A DNA stretch of 64,000 nt from Rhodosorus marinus CCMP1338 (GCA_029953675.1 JAMWBK010000003.1:2976001-3040000), one strand, 5' to 3'. Shown: positions 12,850-24,755, counted from the first letter of the stretch. Notes: generated by a model not told the origin, from the letters alone. Translations and numbers: made by a program.

Positions 12850-13750
12850 ATCTTCCAGTAGATATGACCAACATATATATCTCTTCCCCCCCGTCCCTTC
12901 TCTTTGCTTCACGCCGATCAACAAACTTCCAACCACACATTGAACAGTGTTTCTTGGTATGAGCTAACTTTTCCGCTCGGAAATTCAGTCCCGTTTTACC
13001 AGCTACCCTGAAGAGCCGAACCTGCCAGCCAGGGTTACAAAGCCCGTTTGCAACTAGTTGGAACTTCTTCAACGCGAACACTATGCCCGGGAGCTCCATT
13101 TCACTAACCGAATACCAGGTCTTCGCATCTGAGAATCCGTGAAGTAAGCGAAATCGGTCAAAGTTGACCACCCTCAGATTTCTCAGTAAAACCGTGGCAC
13201 CCCAACCTCGCTCGCGTCTAAACTGCGCGCCACCATATCTCTTCCAGGATCAACCGAGCCCAGAACAACTGATTCGACCACAATTAGTTGCCTTCAGGAC
13301 CACAACGTTGTAAGTTGTCCATGGCGACACCGCAGGTTCCATAATGCCATCCTTGAGCAGCTGCCTGATTACGACTATCTCAATTCACAGCTCCTTTTGG
13401 GTCCGGCCCCTAGTAGGAGCGTAAAAGGGCGTCGCTCCGTCTGCTGGCTGCATCCGATGCTTTGTAATCGGAAATTCAGTTCTCTCACAGAAAAAGCATC
13501 TGCCTCTGGTTTACTGGAAGCACTCTGGCGCTCGAACGCTGCTTTGTTGTTGGAGGCGCGTCATGGACGTCTCCCTTTCTGCTCCTCAGGGTAGCTCGGC
13601 TCTGAATGAAACGCATGATGAGCAGAGGAAGATTCATCTCTGGAAGACCGAGTTTCCATTCACATGTAAATTGGGTTTTCAGCGTCCCCATCACTTTCAT
13701 CATTTAACCTTCGGCTTGCTGTTGTTTCTCGCCAAATCCTGTCTTGGATA
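12850..13750 (-). mobile_element. Degenerate, internally deleted Ty3/Gypsy LTR-retrotransposon pol relic
   Basis: Minus-strand translations with stops and frameshifts: RT N-terminus 'KHRMQPADGATPFYAPTRGRTQKEL*IEIVVIRQLLKDGIMEPAVSPW', then RNase H 'DPGRDMVARSLDASEVGV' and 'FSDAKTWYSVSEMELPGIVFALKKFQ'. No YxDD core. LTRs not identified. Confidence 0.75.
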
Positions 13751-14058
13751 CATCAGATATATGTTAACTATATCATATACTTGCGCTGAATATTCAAGAA
13801 AAAGGGATTAATTCGTGAACCTTTATTGTTTAATTCATATTAAAATACGATAAACACTGACTTTTGGGGATTTGAGGTTTGGTAGTGTGCATAGGTTTCT
13901 TGGAGCTTGTTCCAAACGCAGTATTTCGTACAACCGCGAAGGAGCTTTGCCTGAGTGTGTTTGTATATGAATCAGTCCAAGTCATCCCCACTCTCCAAGC
14001 CTTGCTAGCAGAAAATCCTCTTAAATCGGACCAGTTGTTTTAAGGCAGAACACTAGAT

Positions 14059-14181
14059 CCTCAGAACCAATTCCGATTCGCAGTTTCAGAACCCCTGTCC
14101 ACGGCAGGCCAGGCGTCCCTAAGCATATACGCAATTGCCTTCCTCCCTCTTTTGCCTTTGCCATTTCGGCTTCCAGATCTT
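14059..14181 (-). repeat. Inverted, diverged copy of TTC1 exon 2 plus start of intron 2 (partner 14576-14700)
   Basis: The reverse complement reads agatctggaagccga..ggcaaaggca..ggaggaagg..tatg..tagggacgcctgg..ggttctga..tgcgaat..ttggt.ctgagg, matching 14576-14700 at roughly three-quarters identity by eye. Confidence 0.8.
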
Positions 14182-14352
14182 TTCCGCAGGAGACCCGAAA
14201 GCACGCGAACAACATTTGAAACGTTGAAAACAGAGACGGAAAGGGATGTGGTAAGGTAAAAGCAATTGAGGGCGTGTTGGGAGGGATAGAGGGTTGGATG
14301 AGATGGGGAAGTGGATGGTAGTAAGCGAGGTGGATTTTGACAGACTGGAAGG

Positions 14353-15894
14353 ATGGAAGAAATGAAAGGATCTGATGATGGTGAGATTGCCAATGAACGG
14401 GTTGAAGAAGAATCGAAGGACGTCGTGGAGGTGGAGTCTGAGTATGACGATGGTGAGGATTTGCGTAACCTTATTTATTGCGGGACGGCCAAGACGTTCT
14501 GATCTGTGGTTGTTTTTTTTTGTTTCAATTGCCTGCTTGCTGTGTGGTTCGGTCTACTCTGGATTTGTCGATGACAAGATCTGGAAGCCGATGAGGCAAA
14601 GGCAGCGAAGGAGGAAGGAAATCGTTTGTATGGTAGGGACGCCTGGTCTGCACTTTTTTGAGCAGCGGTTCTGAGTATGCGAATGAGAGTTGGTCTGAGG
14701 TTTCAGATATTTGAGTTCAACAAAGACTTGCCTCGCTTGTGCGGATTTTTTGGAACAGGACTTGGCGAGTGGATGAGTTCGATTGATTCGTATACGAAAG
14801 CACTAAGGTAAGCTCCTCTGAGATGCTCAAAACGCTGCTGGCCTTTGAATACAACTGAGACCATTGTGTTCTTGGATACTTTGCGAAGATGTCGAAAAGT
14901 AGATCCAAATGAACGCGCGGTGTACTACTGCAATCGAGCGGCGGCGAGGTTAAAGATCTCGGACAACGAGGGTTAGCGCAGCGCATGAATCTATTAGCAA
15001 TTTTTTCTCGAAAATCTTACCTCCGAATTCCACAGGTGTTGTATCCGACTGCACAAAGGCTCTGAAGAAGAGGCCTGACTACGAGAAGGCTCTTGTCCGA
15101 AGAAAAACGGTAAGCCCGCCGATTGAAGCCCTAGGAGAGCGGCTAGTGTCCACTTACGCAGGGATTGCCTAACCGTTCTGGTCCTTGCTCTGCAGGCTCA
15201 TGTGAATCTAACGAACTACGGTCCCGCATTAGATGATGCGAAGGAGCTGGTGAGTACTTCGTAGAAGTCATGAGAATGCTTTCACAACAGCCAGGCAGCT
15301 GACTGTTGCAACGTATCTGCTTCAGTTGAAAACGGCCAGGTCGAGTGAACGGACGTCGTACATATCAGAAATCTCGAGACTTGAGAGGCTAAAAGTAGGC
15401 CATATCGTTATTCGATGCGATATTTGTTCGCCATGTCATATGATGATGCCCTCTTTGCTCACTCTGTGGGCGGGGAGCATTTTGATATCCAGCTCGGTGA
15501 GAGCTTATCCGTTTCGTGTTCTAACGTTCTTTTTGGTCCCCCCTACTTTCGTGCGCCGCAGCTTGAGAAAGATGAAAAACAGAAGCAGGAGGCTATTGAA
15601 CAGCTCAAGGTTTGTTTGCAGTGGAATCAAGCCTCTATGCTGTTTCGATTTAGCTGACTTTTGTTCGTGCTCGTTTCGTTTTCATGACTGATGCGCAGGA
15701 GGTCGGTAACTCGTTTCTTGGTATGTTCGGTATGAGCGTTGATAATTTCAAGTTTGAGCAGGTACGTGAGAACGGCTCTACAGGCTTTTTTGGTGCTCCT
15801 CTCGACGTGCATTCTTAAGCACGCTTTCCGTTTTCGAAAACAGGATCCTGGAACTGGATCGTACAACGTCAAATTCAATCAGGGCGGGAGCTGA
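14353..15894 (+). CDS. TTC1: Tetratricopeptide repeat protein 1 homologue (10 exons)
   Basis: Hand-spliced protein: 'AKAAKEEGNRLYGLGEW..YTKAL', 'RAVYYCNRAAARLK', 'DCTKAL..PDYEKALVRR', and the TTC1-type C-terminus 'LKEVGNSFLGMFGMSVDNFKFEQDPGTGSYNVKF'. Nine GT-AG introns, all frame-consistent. Confidence 0.85.
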
Positions 15895-16951
15895 GACCTA
15901 AAGAGAACAAGGACAGAGTCGTGGTGAACTGTGCAGCTCCTTGGCAGCGAAAGAAGCCGAACTGAACCGATGTACAGACCAACAGGGAACGTGGAGTCCG
16001 TCCTGTATATTCACGTGAACAATCGTATAGCTCTCTGTAAAGTACTGATTTCGCCTGCAATCCTGTGAGGGATCGCGGAAGGCAAATGCGAGTCTCTAAA
16101 ATCCACTGCAATCGCAAGAATCAGTTTAGAAGGGGATGTCTTGCCTAGACGCCTATTACAGCCTTTTCTACAATTGTGCTTCTCCTGTATAGTGGACTCT
16201 AGATCTAGTTTTGCATTGGCGCAATCGAAATGCCCAAGTGCGGCACCATTGATTTCGCGTGACGGCTAGGTTGGTAGGATCCTCTAACGATGAAGCCATA
16301 CCCTTTTGCGGAAATCGTAGCAGACAGCTCTCGAAAACTCACCTGGTCAACCCTCATCGGGTTCTTCGCGAAAGGCGGGTGAAAGGGTGAGGACATCGGG
16401 CGATTCATCAAAACGTCATCAAGTTCAAAATCACATGATTTCGCTCCGTGCACTCTAATCTGCTACAATCCAGCTCGCCCGCCCCAACCCGGCGGCCACC
16501 TCTGAGCTATGAGCAGGGGAGGCAAGCCTAGGTACAACCCTAAACAGCACAAATTTAGGCATAATATTTCTTAATTAAGAAAATACAGGACAGCTGTCTA
16601 TAATAACACTGATAATTTTGAAAATACAGCTCTCATGCTTTAAAATTTGCATCATTTAGTTGAAATAAACATGTTTATCAGAAATATTTGAAAGCTTGCC
16701 TAGTTTTTGAATGGAAACGTTGTTTATAGGTCTTACATGTTCATGTCGTGGATGAATTCCTGGACAAAAAGCATCCCATGAGCTGAAGCTGAAAAGGGTT
16801 TGCCTTGTGAGATGTCTCTCACAAGGCAAACCCTTTTCAGCTTCACTGTCGTCTTGGTGGAAATTTTGATTCTTTGTTTGGATCACAAGTAGCGTGAACA
16901 TAAGAAAGTTCTTTGAACAGATTGAGATTGAAAGGAGCGTTTGTGGGAATC

Positions 16952-17853
16952 ATGGGGACGGTAAGCGTTTCGATCGCCCGGCTTTGCGTTGGTTGTGTTG
17001 CGAGACTTTTTGTTCTGGGAGGACGGCAAAAAGACTTAAAATGAGACGCTGAACTTTCCGTTTTCCATCGCTTCTTGTTCGCTGCCCGTGCACTTTTAAC
17101 CGTTCTGTTTTGCTTGGTTTGCTGGATGTGGGTAGCAACCGTTGGTAACGAGCATGGTGATCTTGAACACGGAAGGGATGAGGGTTTGTGCTCGGTATTG
17201 TAATAAGAGCTTGTTCCCAGATCTTGAATCGGAGAGGGCATTTGAGAGAGATTTGCTCAAGAAAGTTTCTGCTACTGTGACGGGTCATGACGGTAAGTAC
17301 ATGCAAAACGGTCGCGCGATTTGACCATTTCTTTCTTTGTTCTGATTAACCCGTGTTATTTGTTTCTCCCTCGAAATGACTTCAGAGGAGATTTTTGAGC
17401 TGGATAATCATTTGGTCGTGTACAAGTGGTATGACAATGTTGTGATGTTCCTAACCGGAAGCACCTCCGAGAACGAACTTGTTCTTGCAGATACGCTTCG
17501 AACTTATGAGGAAGGACTAAGTATAATCCTGCGAGCGATGCTGGACGAGAAAACCCTACTTGACAGCCTCGAGACAGTTCTCCTTGCAATGGACGAACTC
17601 ATCGACCAAGAAGGTAAGACAGCTATCTCGGTTTTCAAAGCATCCATGCCAACGCAGTTCTTTGCTAACACGATGAGTCCATTGCCATCGGCTTGCCATA
17701 GGAATCATTCTGGAAACCGACCCGCAGCTGCTCGCTACTAGGGTCTCCAGTGGTGGGGTAACGCTCGCAGACGGCATGCCCCTTGGAGAACAAACTTTCA
17801 CTCAAGCTTTCCAGAGTGCACGAGACCAATTGACACGCTCAATACTAAGCTAA
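16952..17853 (+). CDS. COPZ1: Coatomer subunit zeta (4 exons)
   Basis: MGT|QPLVTSMVILNTEGMRVCARY..., 'NELVLADTL', 'LDSLETVLLAMDELIDQ.GIILETDP', 'EQTFTQAFQSARDQLTRSILS'. Longin/sigma-zeta family pattern. Confidence 0.9.
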
Positions 17854-17949
17854 AAGACAAAACCACAAGACCGAAAAGAACCGATAAAAGAAAACTAAAT
17901 GCTGAACAACAACGGGCACCAACGCAACTCATGCTTTCTTCCTGAAGAA

Positions 17950-18535
17950 TCTTGTCACAGACCATCACCAAGGTTATGCCAGACATGCAGCACTCCTTGT
18001 AGGTCTAGAACCATTTAAGCGAGGAGACAGACTTTATGACCCAACTACTCGGAGGACCAACAGACGTATGCATCGCCGTCACAAGGCTCTCTGACGAAGA
18101 ATTCTGAGTTTGTTAGGCTGATACCCCTTTGCCATTGAACGGTAAAACTTCGCGGTCTTCTGGAATGCTGAGAACCGCCTTCGTGGACTCTCAATCGCGG
18201 CGGGCTGGAATCCCCGTTCTCGCGGTCATCCACATACATGTTGCCACAAACCCTGACGAGCTCAAGAGTAGGGAGAGACGGTGGAAGATAGATACTTCTA
18301 CGGGCGATGTAAACTAGCCCGAGATTGCGCTTGAAGAACCTCAACTCACAATACCAGAATCCTTCCCCAACCCCACGACAAACTTGTCGGCTCCAACCCT
18401 GAAGCACTTCCCACCATACAGAAAACTGACCCGCCGCACGTTGGTCCCTACCAAGTCGTGATGCTTCTGCTTGATACCATGGGGCTTATTCACCAGCAAA
18501 TATGACCTAGTCCGAACTAGATTGATCAGTTCCAT
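17950..18535 (-). other. Possible small multi-exon gene, product unidentified
   Basis: ATG at 18535 after a purine-rich leader, with regularly spaced donors (GTGAGT, GTATGT, GTATCA) and acceptors (CTTCAG, CGTAG, CTCAG, TCTAG). No spliced product was recognisable. Confidence 0.25.
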
Positions 18536-18901
18536 CGAATCTCTCCACAGTCGTGATCAGTCATCCCATTCCGCCGCGTCACCGCGAACGGCCCACCCAG
18601 CAATCTATCGAGGCCAATCATAACGCGTCGATTAAGCAGTGTGGAGAGGTAGAGAACGGGAGAAGTTGATCACGGCGTCAGTGTAGAAGCAAAGATGTGG
18701 TTAACGAGTATGATATCGTCTCCTAGGATTAGACTGTCGTAGGAGAGGCATCTGTTTGGAAAGGAACAGAGGGGAGGGAGGGTTGCAGAATTTTCTTGTG
18801 GTGAATATTGTCAGACCATAACAATCTCGCGGCTCCCAAGTGCAATAGCGCGCTAAGGACGATCGGGGGGTTGGTTTTGGTGTAGGTGTTGACCAGAAAT
18901 T

Positions 18902-20052
18902 ATGCTAAGGACTTCGAATTTTGCAAGGCGAGTGTTCCATCGGAGTATAACGCGAGGTATGAAGTGTCAAGCCATTCGCGTTGCCGAGTTTGGCGGCCCA
19001 GAGCAGCTGGTTGAGATGGAATATGATGTGCCGTCTCCATCGGCGGGCAACGTTCTTGTCAAGGTTGAGGCAGCTGGAGTGAACCCGGTTGAGATCTACA
19101 TCAGGCAGGGAAAGTATGCGAAGCAACCGGAATTGCCGTACACGCCTGGGACGGAGGGTGCTGGAACGGTCGCTGAGGTTGGCAAAGGGGTGAAAGGGTT
19201 GAAGGTTGGGGATAGGGTTTTCTTGACGGACACTGTGTCAGGTCACGGAACGTATGCACAGTACTGTTTATCGCCTTCGAACGCGGTTCATCTGCTTCCG
19301 GACAACTCGAGTTTCGAAATAGGTGCATCGATTGGGATCGCTTATCGCACTGCATGGCGTGCTCTGTTTCTGAAGTCAAAGATGAAAAAGGGAGATCTTG
19401 TTCTTGTTCATGGAGCCTCTGGTGGAGTCGGGATGGCGAGCTTGCAGCTGGGAAAGGTATGATACGTTTTATTTTTGCGTCCTCATTCCCGATCCAATTT
19501 TCGGGTCTATGTCCAACGTCTTAAGCTTGGCAAGCTCTTCGCCGGTCGTCTTTTCGAATCGTTTAGGATTTCGGAGCAAGAATGGTTGGTACGGCTGGGA
19601 GTCCAGAAGGAATGGAATTCATTAAGAGTTTAGGGGCGGAGAAAGCGTTCGATCACACATACAAGGAATATATCTCAGAGTTGAATGAATTTTCACCCAA
19701 CGGGTATGGTCTAATTCTAACAATGAGAGCTCACAGTAACCTCGGCAAGGACACTGTCCTAGTTGCAAATGGCGGGAAGATCGTGATCGTAGGAGCCCAA
19801 GGGAGTTCTACCATCAATCCTCGCCGGCTCATGTCAAAGGAGGCCACGATACAAGGCCTGATGACCTGGAATTTTACAGAGACAGAGACTAAGCAGTTTG
19901 TTGACTTCATCAGCGAAAAGCTGAAAACCGAGAAGATCGTTCCATGCGTTGACGAAAAGTACAAGCTCTCAGATGCAAAGGATGCGCACCAGCATATTGA
20001 CCGTAGTGTCGCGAGCAAGGGCAAGGTTCTCCTGGTGCCGTGGAGGAGCTAG
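18902..20052 (+). CDS. NADPH:quinone oxidoreductase (zeta-crystallin/MDR family), mitochondrial-like presequence, 2 exons
   Basis: 'VKVEAAGVNPVEIYIRQG', 'PYTPGTEGAGTV', 'VLVHGASGGVG', 'GKVLL'. Intron 19457-19566. Confidence 0.9.
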
Positions 20053-20699
20053 TCTCCTGGAGTCACATATTTAGGTGTATCAATACATGATTAGGGGTTT
20101 TTTTTTTCAGGGATTGGCGTTAGGTCAATTAAGGGTAATTGAAAGGCGCCATTCCGCTTGTACTAGTCTCTGAGGCGAACTCGTACTATGATGTTCCATT
20201 GAAACTCGGCATCTTCCCAACTCTCCTTACAGCAAATTAAAGCATTGAGCTCGAATGAAACAATAGTTGAGCCACTCGAACCTTAGAGAGCCGAGACACG
20301 CGGAAACACACTAATTCTAGATTTAGATACTTGCTTTAAATAACTACTTTAATTCAATTGTAAACGAAAAAAGTCTAAAACAAGAAGGTGTACCTTTCTA
20401 GACTAGAATCCGCCCCCCCAAAATTCTTAAATTGAATTATTTTGTACCCAGAATATTAAGGTATTTTAAATTTCTGAATCGCCAAGGAATTAGTTTTTTT
20501 AATTCACGAACTGTTTTGCAGTTTTCTGATTTTTTTATGGTGGACGAGTTGGGCGCTTAATTAATATTGTAAACACGAGAAAAGATTATTGAATTTGTAA
20601 CTTTTATTGAGGAGCGCGTATTTTCAAAAACAATCAATCTATTGCAATTGTCCTATTTCTAGCGAAACGACCCACCAAAATTTAAAATAGAAAACATAA

Positions 20700-20975
20700 A
20701 ATCTGCTGAGACTTGTGTGGACGAAGATTTTCGCTATTATCCAATCATATATCCTAAATAACTTTAAGATCCTTATTTCGTGTTTAATACTCGTTTAAGA
20801 CTGATGATTGGATACATGAATATATCGGAACATGAGTACTTGTTTAGACATGTGTGGACGGCCGAGGTCTCTATTATCCAATAAAAATAAGAAATAGGCG
20901 TTAATGTTGAGTTAAGATTCTTATAATGATATTAAGAAACTAGATTGGATAATACATTGAGTGGTCGTCAATGGG
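20700..20975. promoter_or_regulatory. Diverged ~137-bp tandem duplication upstream of FBPase, each unit with an inverted TATCCAAT/ATTGGATA pair
   Basis: tgtgtggacg at ~20714 and ~20851; ctattatccaat at 20734 and 20871; gattggata at 20806 and 20943 (constant 137-bp offset). Confidence 0.6.
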
Positions 20976-21231
20976 AGATCAGGGTTCCTTCGGTTACTGT
21001 TGTTTTTGGATGGACGAAGACGGAGGTGAATATCTAAAGTCGACGCAAACGTATTCACGATAATAAGAAAGGAGTTTTTAAAGAGTCACCTTTTCGTTGA
21101 GGAGGTGGAGAGGTTTGGCGCGGTGTGTGTTCTGTAGACCTCTTCGTGTTTCTAGTTGTGTTCTTTTTTCTTTTCCTTAGTGGAAGTGTCGATTTGTGGC
21201 TTTGTGTTTTGTCCGTGTGATAACTAGAGAG

Positions 21232-22506
21232 ATGATGGGTTTCGTATCAGGTGGAGCAGTTGCTCTCAGGACTTCGTCTCAGAAGGCCGTATGCTCGAGA
21301 ACGAAGAGATCTGTAGGCGTCGTTCGCATGGTGCAGGCGCCGGCGAAGTCTTCCACAGCTGTCCACAGCGATGTTTCTCCGATGACCTTGACGCGGTACA
21401 TGATCGAAGAGTCCAACCAGAATTTGGACAAGGAGCATCTGGTTGATCTGCAGGGTATCATGTCCGGTATTCAGGTTGCCTGCAAGAAGATTTCGTCCTT
21501 GGTGTCCCGGGCGGGAATTACCAACCTTACTGGACTGGAAGAGGGAGGCGGTTCCGTCAACATTCAGGGAGAGGAGCAGAAGAAGCTTGACGTCCTGTCG
21601 AATGAGGTATTGAAGAACTCTCTGAGGTTCTCCGGCAAAATGGGTGTGATTGCCTCTGAGGAGGAGGATGAGCCTGTCGTCGTTGATGAGGTTGCCTCGG
21701 GAAACTATGTGTGCGTGTTTGATCCCCTCGACGGGTCCTCGAACATTGATGCTGCGGTCGCCACCGGAACCATTTTCGGTATCTTCGCCGAGGATGACGA
21801 GCAGCCTTGCCTCATCAATGACGATGAGGGCGATCTTGACGCGCAGAAGGCTGCATGCCTCATCCAAACGATGCAGCCAGGGAAGAACCTGGTTGCCGCT
21901 GGATACTGCATGTATTCCTCTTCTTGCATGCTGGTTTTGACCACTGGACACGGTGTGAACGGATTCACACTGGATCCTCAGATTGGAGAATTCGTGCTCA
22001 CTCACCCGAACATGCAAATTCCTAGCCGAGGAAAGATCTATTCTTTCAATGAGGCTAACTATCCCGATTGGGACCCCACTCTGCAGAAGTTTGTCGACTC
22101 TTTGAAGGATGGCTCCAACAAGTCCGGCGCGAAGTACTCATCACGGTAAGTGCATTCAAACGTCCTCCTTGGCTCTCTTCAACCTTGCACTTTCTCATTC
22201 TCTATATTTTGCCTTTTCCATAATTGCAGATACATTGGATCTTTGGTTGCGGATGTCCACCGTACTCTGCTTTACGGAGGAATCTTCGGTTACCCCGGCG
22301 ACGCCAAGAACACGAATGGCAAGCTCCGACTTCTCTACGAGTGCGCCCCAATGAGCATGCTCCTCGAGGAGGCGGGTGGTTTGGCCACGACTGGGAGAGA
22401 GCGAGTTCTAGATGTGATGCCGACGGCTGTTCATCAGCGGCTTCCGCTCATCTTGGGATCGAAGGAGGATGTACAGGAGCTCGTCGACCTCTACCAGGCG
22501 GAGTAA
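21232..22506 (+). CDS. FBP: Plastid fructose-1,6-bisphosphatase (class I), 2 exons
   Basis: Transit peptide MMGFVSGG..., '[12 protein letters not shown]', '[22 protein letters not shown]', '[18 protein letters not shown]', 'GKLRLLYEC'. Intron 22146-22229. Confidence 0.95.
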
Positions 22507-23666
22507 ACGGAAACTAGAGACGAAAAGGAATAAAAGAGTTCAATATGTGTACCAAGCAATCCGGGATCCTGCAGAAGAGACTAACGTTGGGCCATTTAAC
22601 CACCGCGTCCCGTTCTTTCCAGATTTCCGCTTTATACTGGTTCTGGAAGGGAGTTGAAGCGGGACTACTAGCGGGGAACGGACTACAATTCCTGAAACCC
22701 AGAGTATCCGGAGAATCAACGCTCCTGATACCTTCCACTGCACATCCTTCCGTTCAGACTAGTACCACAGATTCATTGGATGAATACTCCCTGCCCCACA
22801 AGCGAAAATTCTACTTTTGAAACTACCTGGTTTCGAGATGCTCAAGTCTTCCAGTGAGACTTTGGATCAGTCAACAAGAAAGATAACTGGATTCGTCAGA
22901 TATAAACGACTCTCAAATGACAAGAATAACCAACGCACTTTGACTTCCTCCTAGACCATTTGCGTACCCATTTCATACGCCACGAAGACAAGAGAAAACA
23001 CAACACAGCGTCAAGCGGTGACTTAGAGCCGATTAAGCCCACACGACTTCTAGCCTTCCGGCTCATCAATTCCCCTCACAGCAGCCAACAATTAAAAACA
23101 TCTTCTTCCCCCATCGCAATTCTATCAATAATCGACATTTAATACCGCATAGAATAATGCTATAAACGAAATAATTAAATTAATTAAAATACAATAATTC
23201 GCAGCCAGCAGCGGAAAAATCTATCCGTTTCCAATCAATAATCATAATTATTGTTTTGTAATTAGATAAAATATTTTATGAACTGAAAATAAATACCCTT
23301 TATCAATCATTATGTTTCGAGATTAACGAATGAAAAAGCATGACCGTGAACAACTTGGATTAGGTGGTCAAATTATGGAACTTTTGTGGATGAGCTTCGG
23401 TGTAAGGTGAGGAGGTTGGGATTCTTGCGGGACGGTGGTGAGGGGGATGGGAGGGAATGTGATGTCGTTTAAAAAGCGGCATTGGTTTGCTCGTGATAAT
23501 TTTCATGTAAAGTTGCTTTTTGGATCGTAAGATATTATCGCTTCTGAGATCGATTTGGTTCTGAGAGGTTTGGTGTTGAATAAGGAGCTGTTGGCGTTTG
23601 TTGTATGAGGAAGATGGCAGGGCGTGGTTTGATATGATGCGGAGGGGAGGGGTTGAGGGGGTAGGT

Positions 23667-24755
23667 ATGGGTACTGGAATTGGATTTGTACCGTATTATG
23701 GGAATTTTCGATTCCGACGGGGCACTTGTGTTGTGCAGAGGAGATATGGGATTAGGTTGGAGGCTGGAGCGTCATGCTCGTTTGGTTCTGACCGGGCCGG
23801 TTCACGGTGGGATGAGGTTGACGGGGGTAAGGCGTTGATCGTGAAGCCACCGGAGTCTGTGCAGCCGAGATGTATAGCACACTTTCTAGGAGGTATTGCG
23901 ATTGGGAATTCGCCGAGGATTGGCTATCCAGAGTTTCTGCAAGCTCTTGCGGACAGCGGGGTGTTGGTAATTGCGACGCCATACGAAATCAGTTTCGACT
24001 ACATGAAGACCATCGACGAGTGCTTGGACAGATACGATAGAGCGCTTGAAAGTCTGGATCAAACCGATGTTACTGGAATCCCAGTCATTGGCATTGGCCA
24101 TTCAGCTGGGGCTCTTCTGCACGTGATTCAGAGCACTCTCTTCGCGCAAAAGTACCGCGTCGCCAACGTTCTGATCTCGTTCAACAATCGGAACGCTCGT
24201 GATGCGATACCCAGCTTCGATGTCATCAAATCCACTGTCACAGCTTTGGGACCGGAGTTTTTCTCCACCGGTAGTGCACTCGAGGAGGAACTGTTCAAGT
24301 CCGCTGTCAAAATAGCTGGAGGTGCCCCGGGCGTTGGGGATGAGCTATCACTTGTAGTCTATGAGAGCCTAAGTTTCCTTAGACAACTAAGACCGCTGCT
24401 GATTGAGATAGCTGAAGGGGTGGAAGAATTCCATCCCACACCGGAGGAGACGAGAATGGCGGTTCGCAACGGGTATGAAGTACTTCGTACGCTGGTCGTA
24501 AAATTTAGTATTGACACTATTGATCAGTCGGAAATCGCTGAGGAAATTCTGAACTCACGAACGGAGTTGAAATCAGTAGTTCTAGAGGGAACGCACACCA
24601 CGCCATTGATACGTGATCCGGTGGAGAGCAGTCTTGGTTCGCCTTTGCAGGAGCTCACTGAACCCCTTCGCGATCCCTTGCTCGGTGAAATAAGAGGCTT
24701 ACTGGCTACGATTAATGAGTTCCTAGATACTTTCTTGCCCATGGAGCAATCCTGA
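23667..24755 (+). CDS. DUF1350-like alpha/beta hydrolase, probably plastid
   Basis: MGTGIGFVP start, 'IAHFLGGIAIG..P..YPEFLQAL...GVLVIATP', nucleophile elbow 'GIGHSAGALLH', 'LISFNN', 'LEGTHTTP'. Confidence 0.75.
   Translation: MGTGIGFVPYYGNFRFRRGTCVVQRRYGIRLEAGASCSFGSDRAGSRWDEVDGGKALIVKPPESVQPRCIAHFLGGIAIGNSPRIGYPEFLQALADSGVLVIATPYEISFDYMKTIDECLDRYDRALESLDQTDVTGIPVIGIGHSAGALLHVIQSTLFAQKYRVANVLISFNNRNARDAIPSFDVIKSTVTALGPEFFSTGSALEEELFKSAVKIAGGAPGVGDELSLVVYESLSFLRQLRPLLIEIAEGVEEFHPTPEETRMAVRNGYEVLRTLVVKFSIDTIDQSEIAEEILNSRTELKSVVLEGTHTTPLIRDPVESSLGSPLQELTEPLRDPLLGEIRGLLATINEFLDTFLPMEQS

Noticed and set aside
16280-16310. Cold-shock/RRM RNP1 motif KGYGFI in ORF 16205-16453
   Set aside because: An isolated hexapeptide that probably falls inside a predicted intron, with no surrounding domain.
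18129-18340. Selenoprotein (in-frame TGA read-through) in the unidentified mini-gene
   Set aside because: The read-through product has no redox motif and no SECIS-like element was seen.
21247-22017. 256-aa antisense ORF over FBPase, and similar long shadows (4435-5043, 29835-30437, 47524-48093, 55012-55722, 39965-40522)
   Set aside because: They lie opposite or out of frame to well-supported genes or skewed leaders, carry no motifs, and are explained by codon bias or low complexity.
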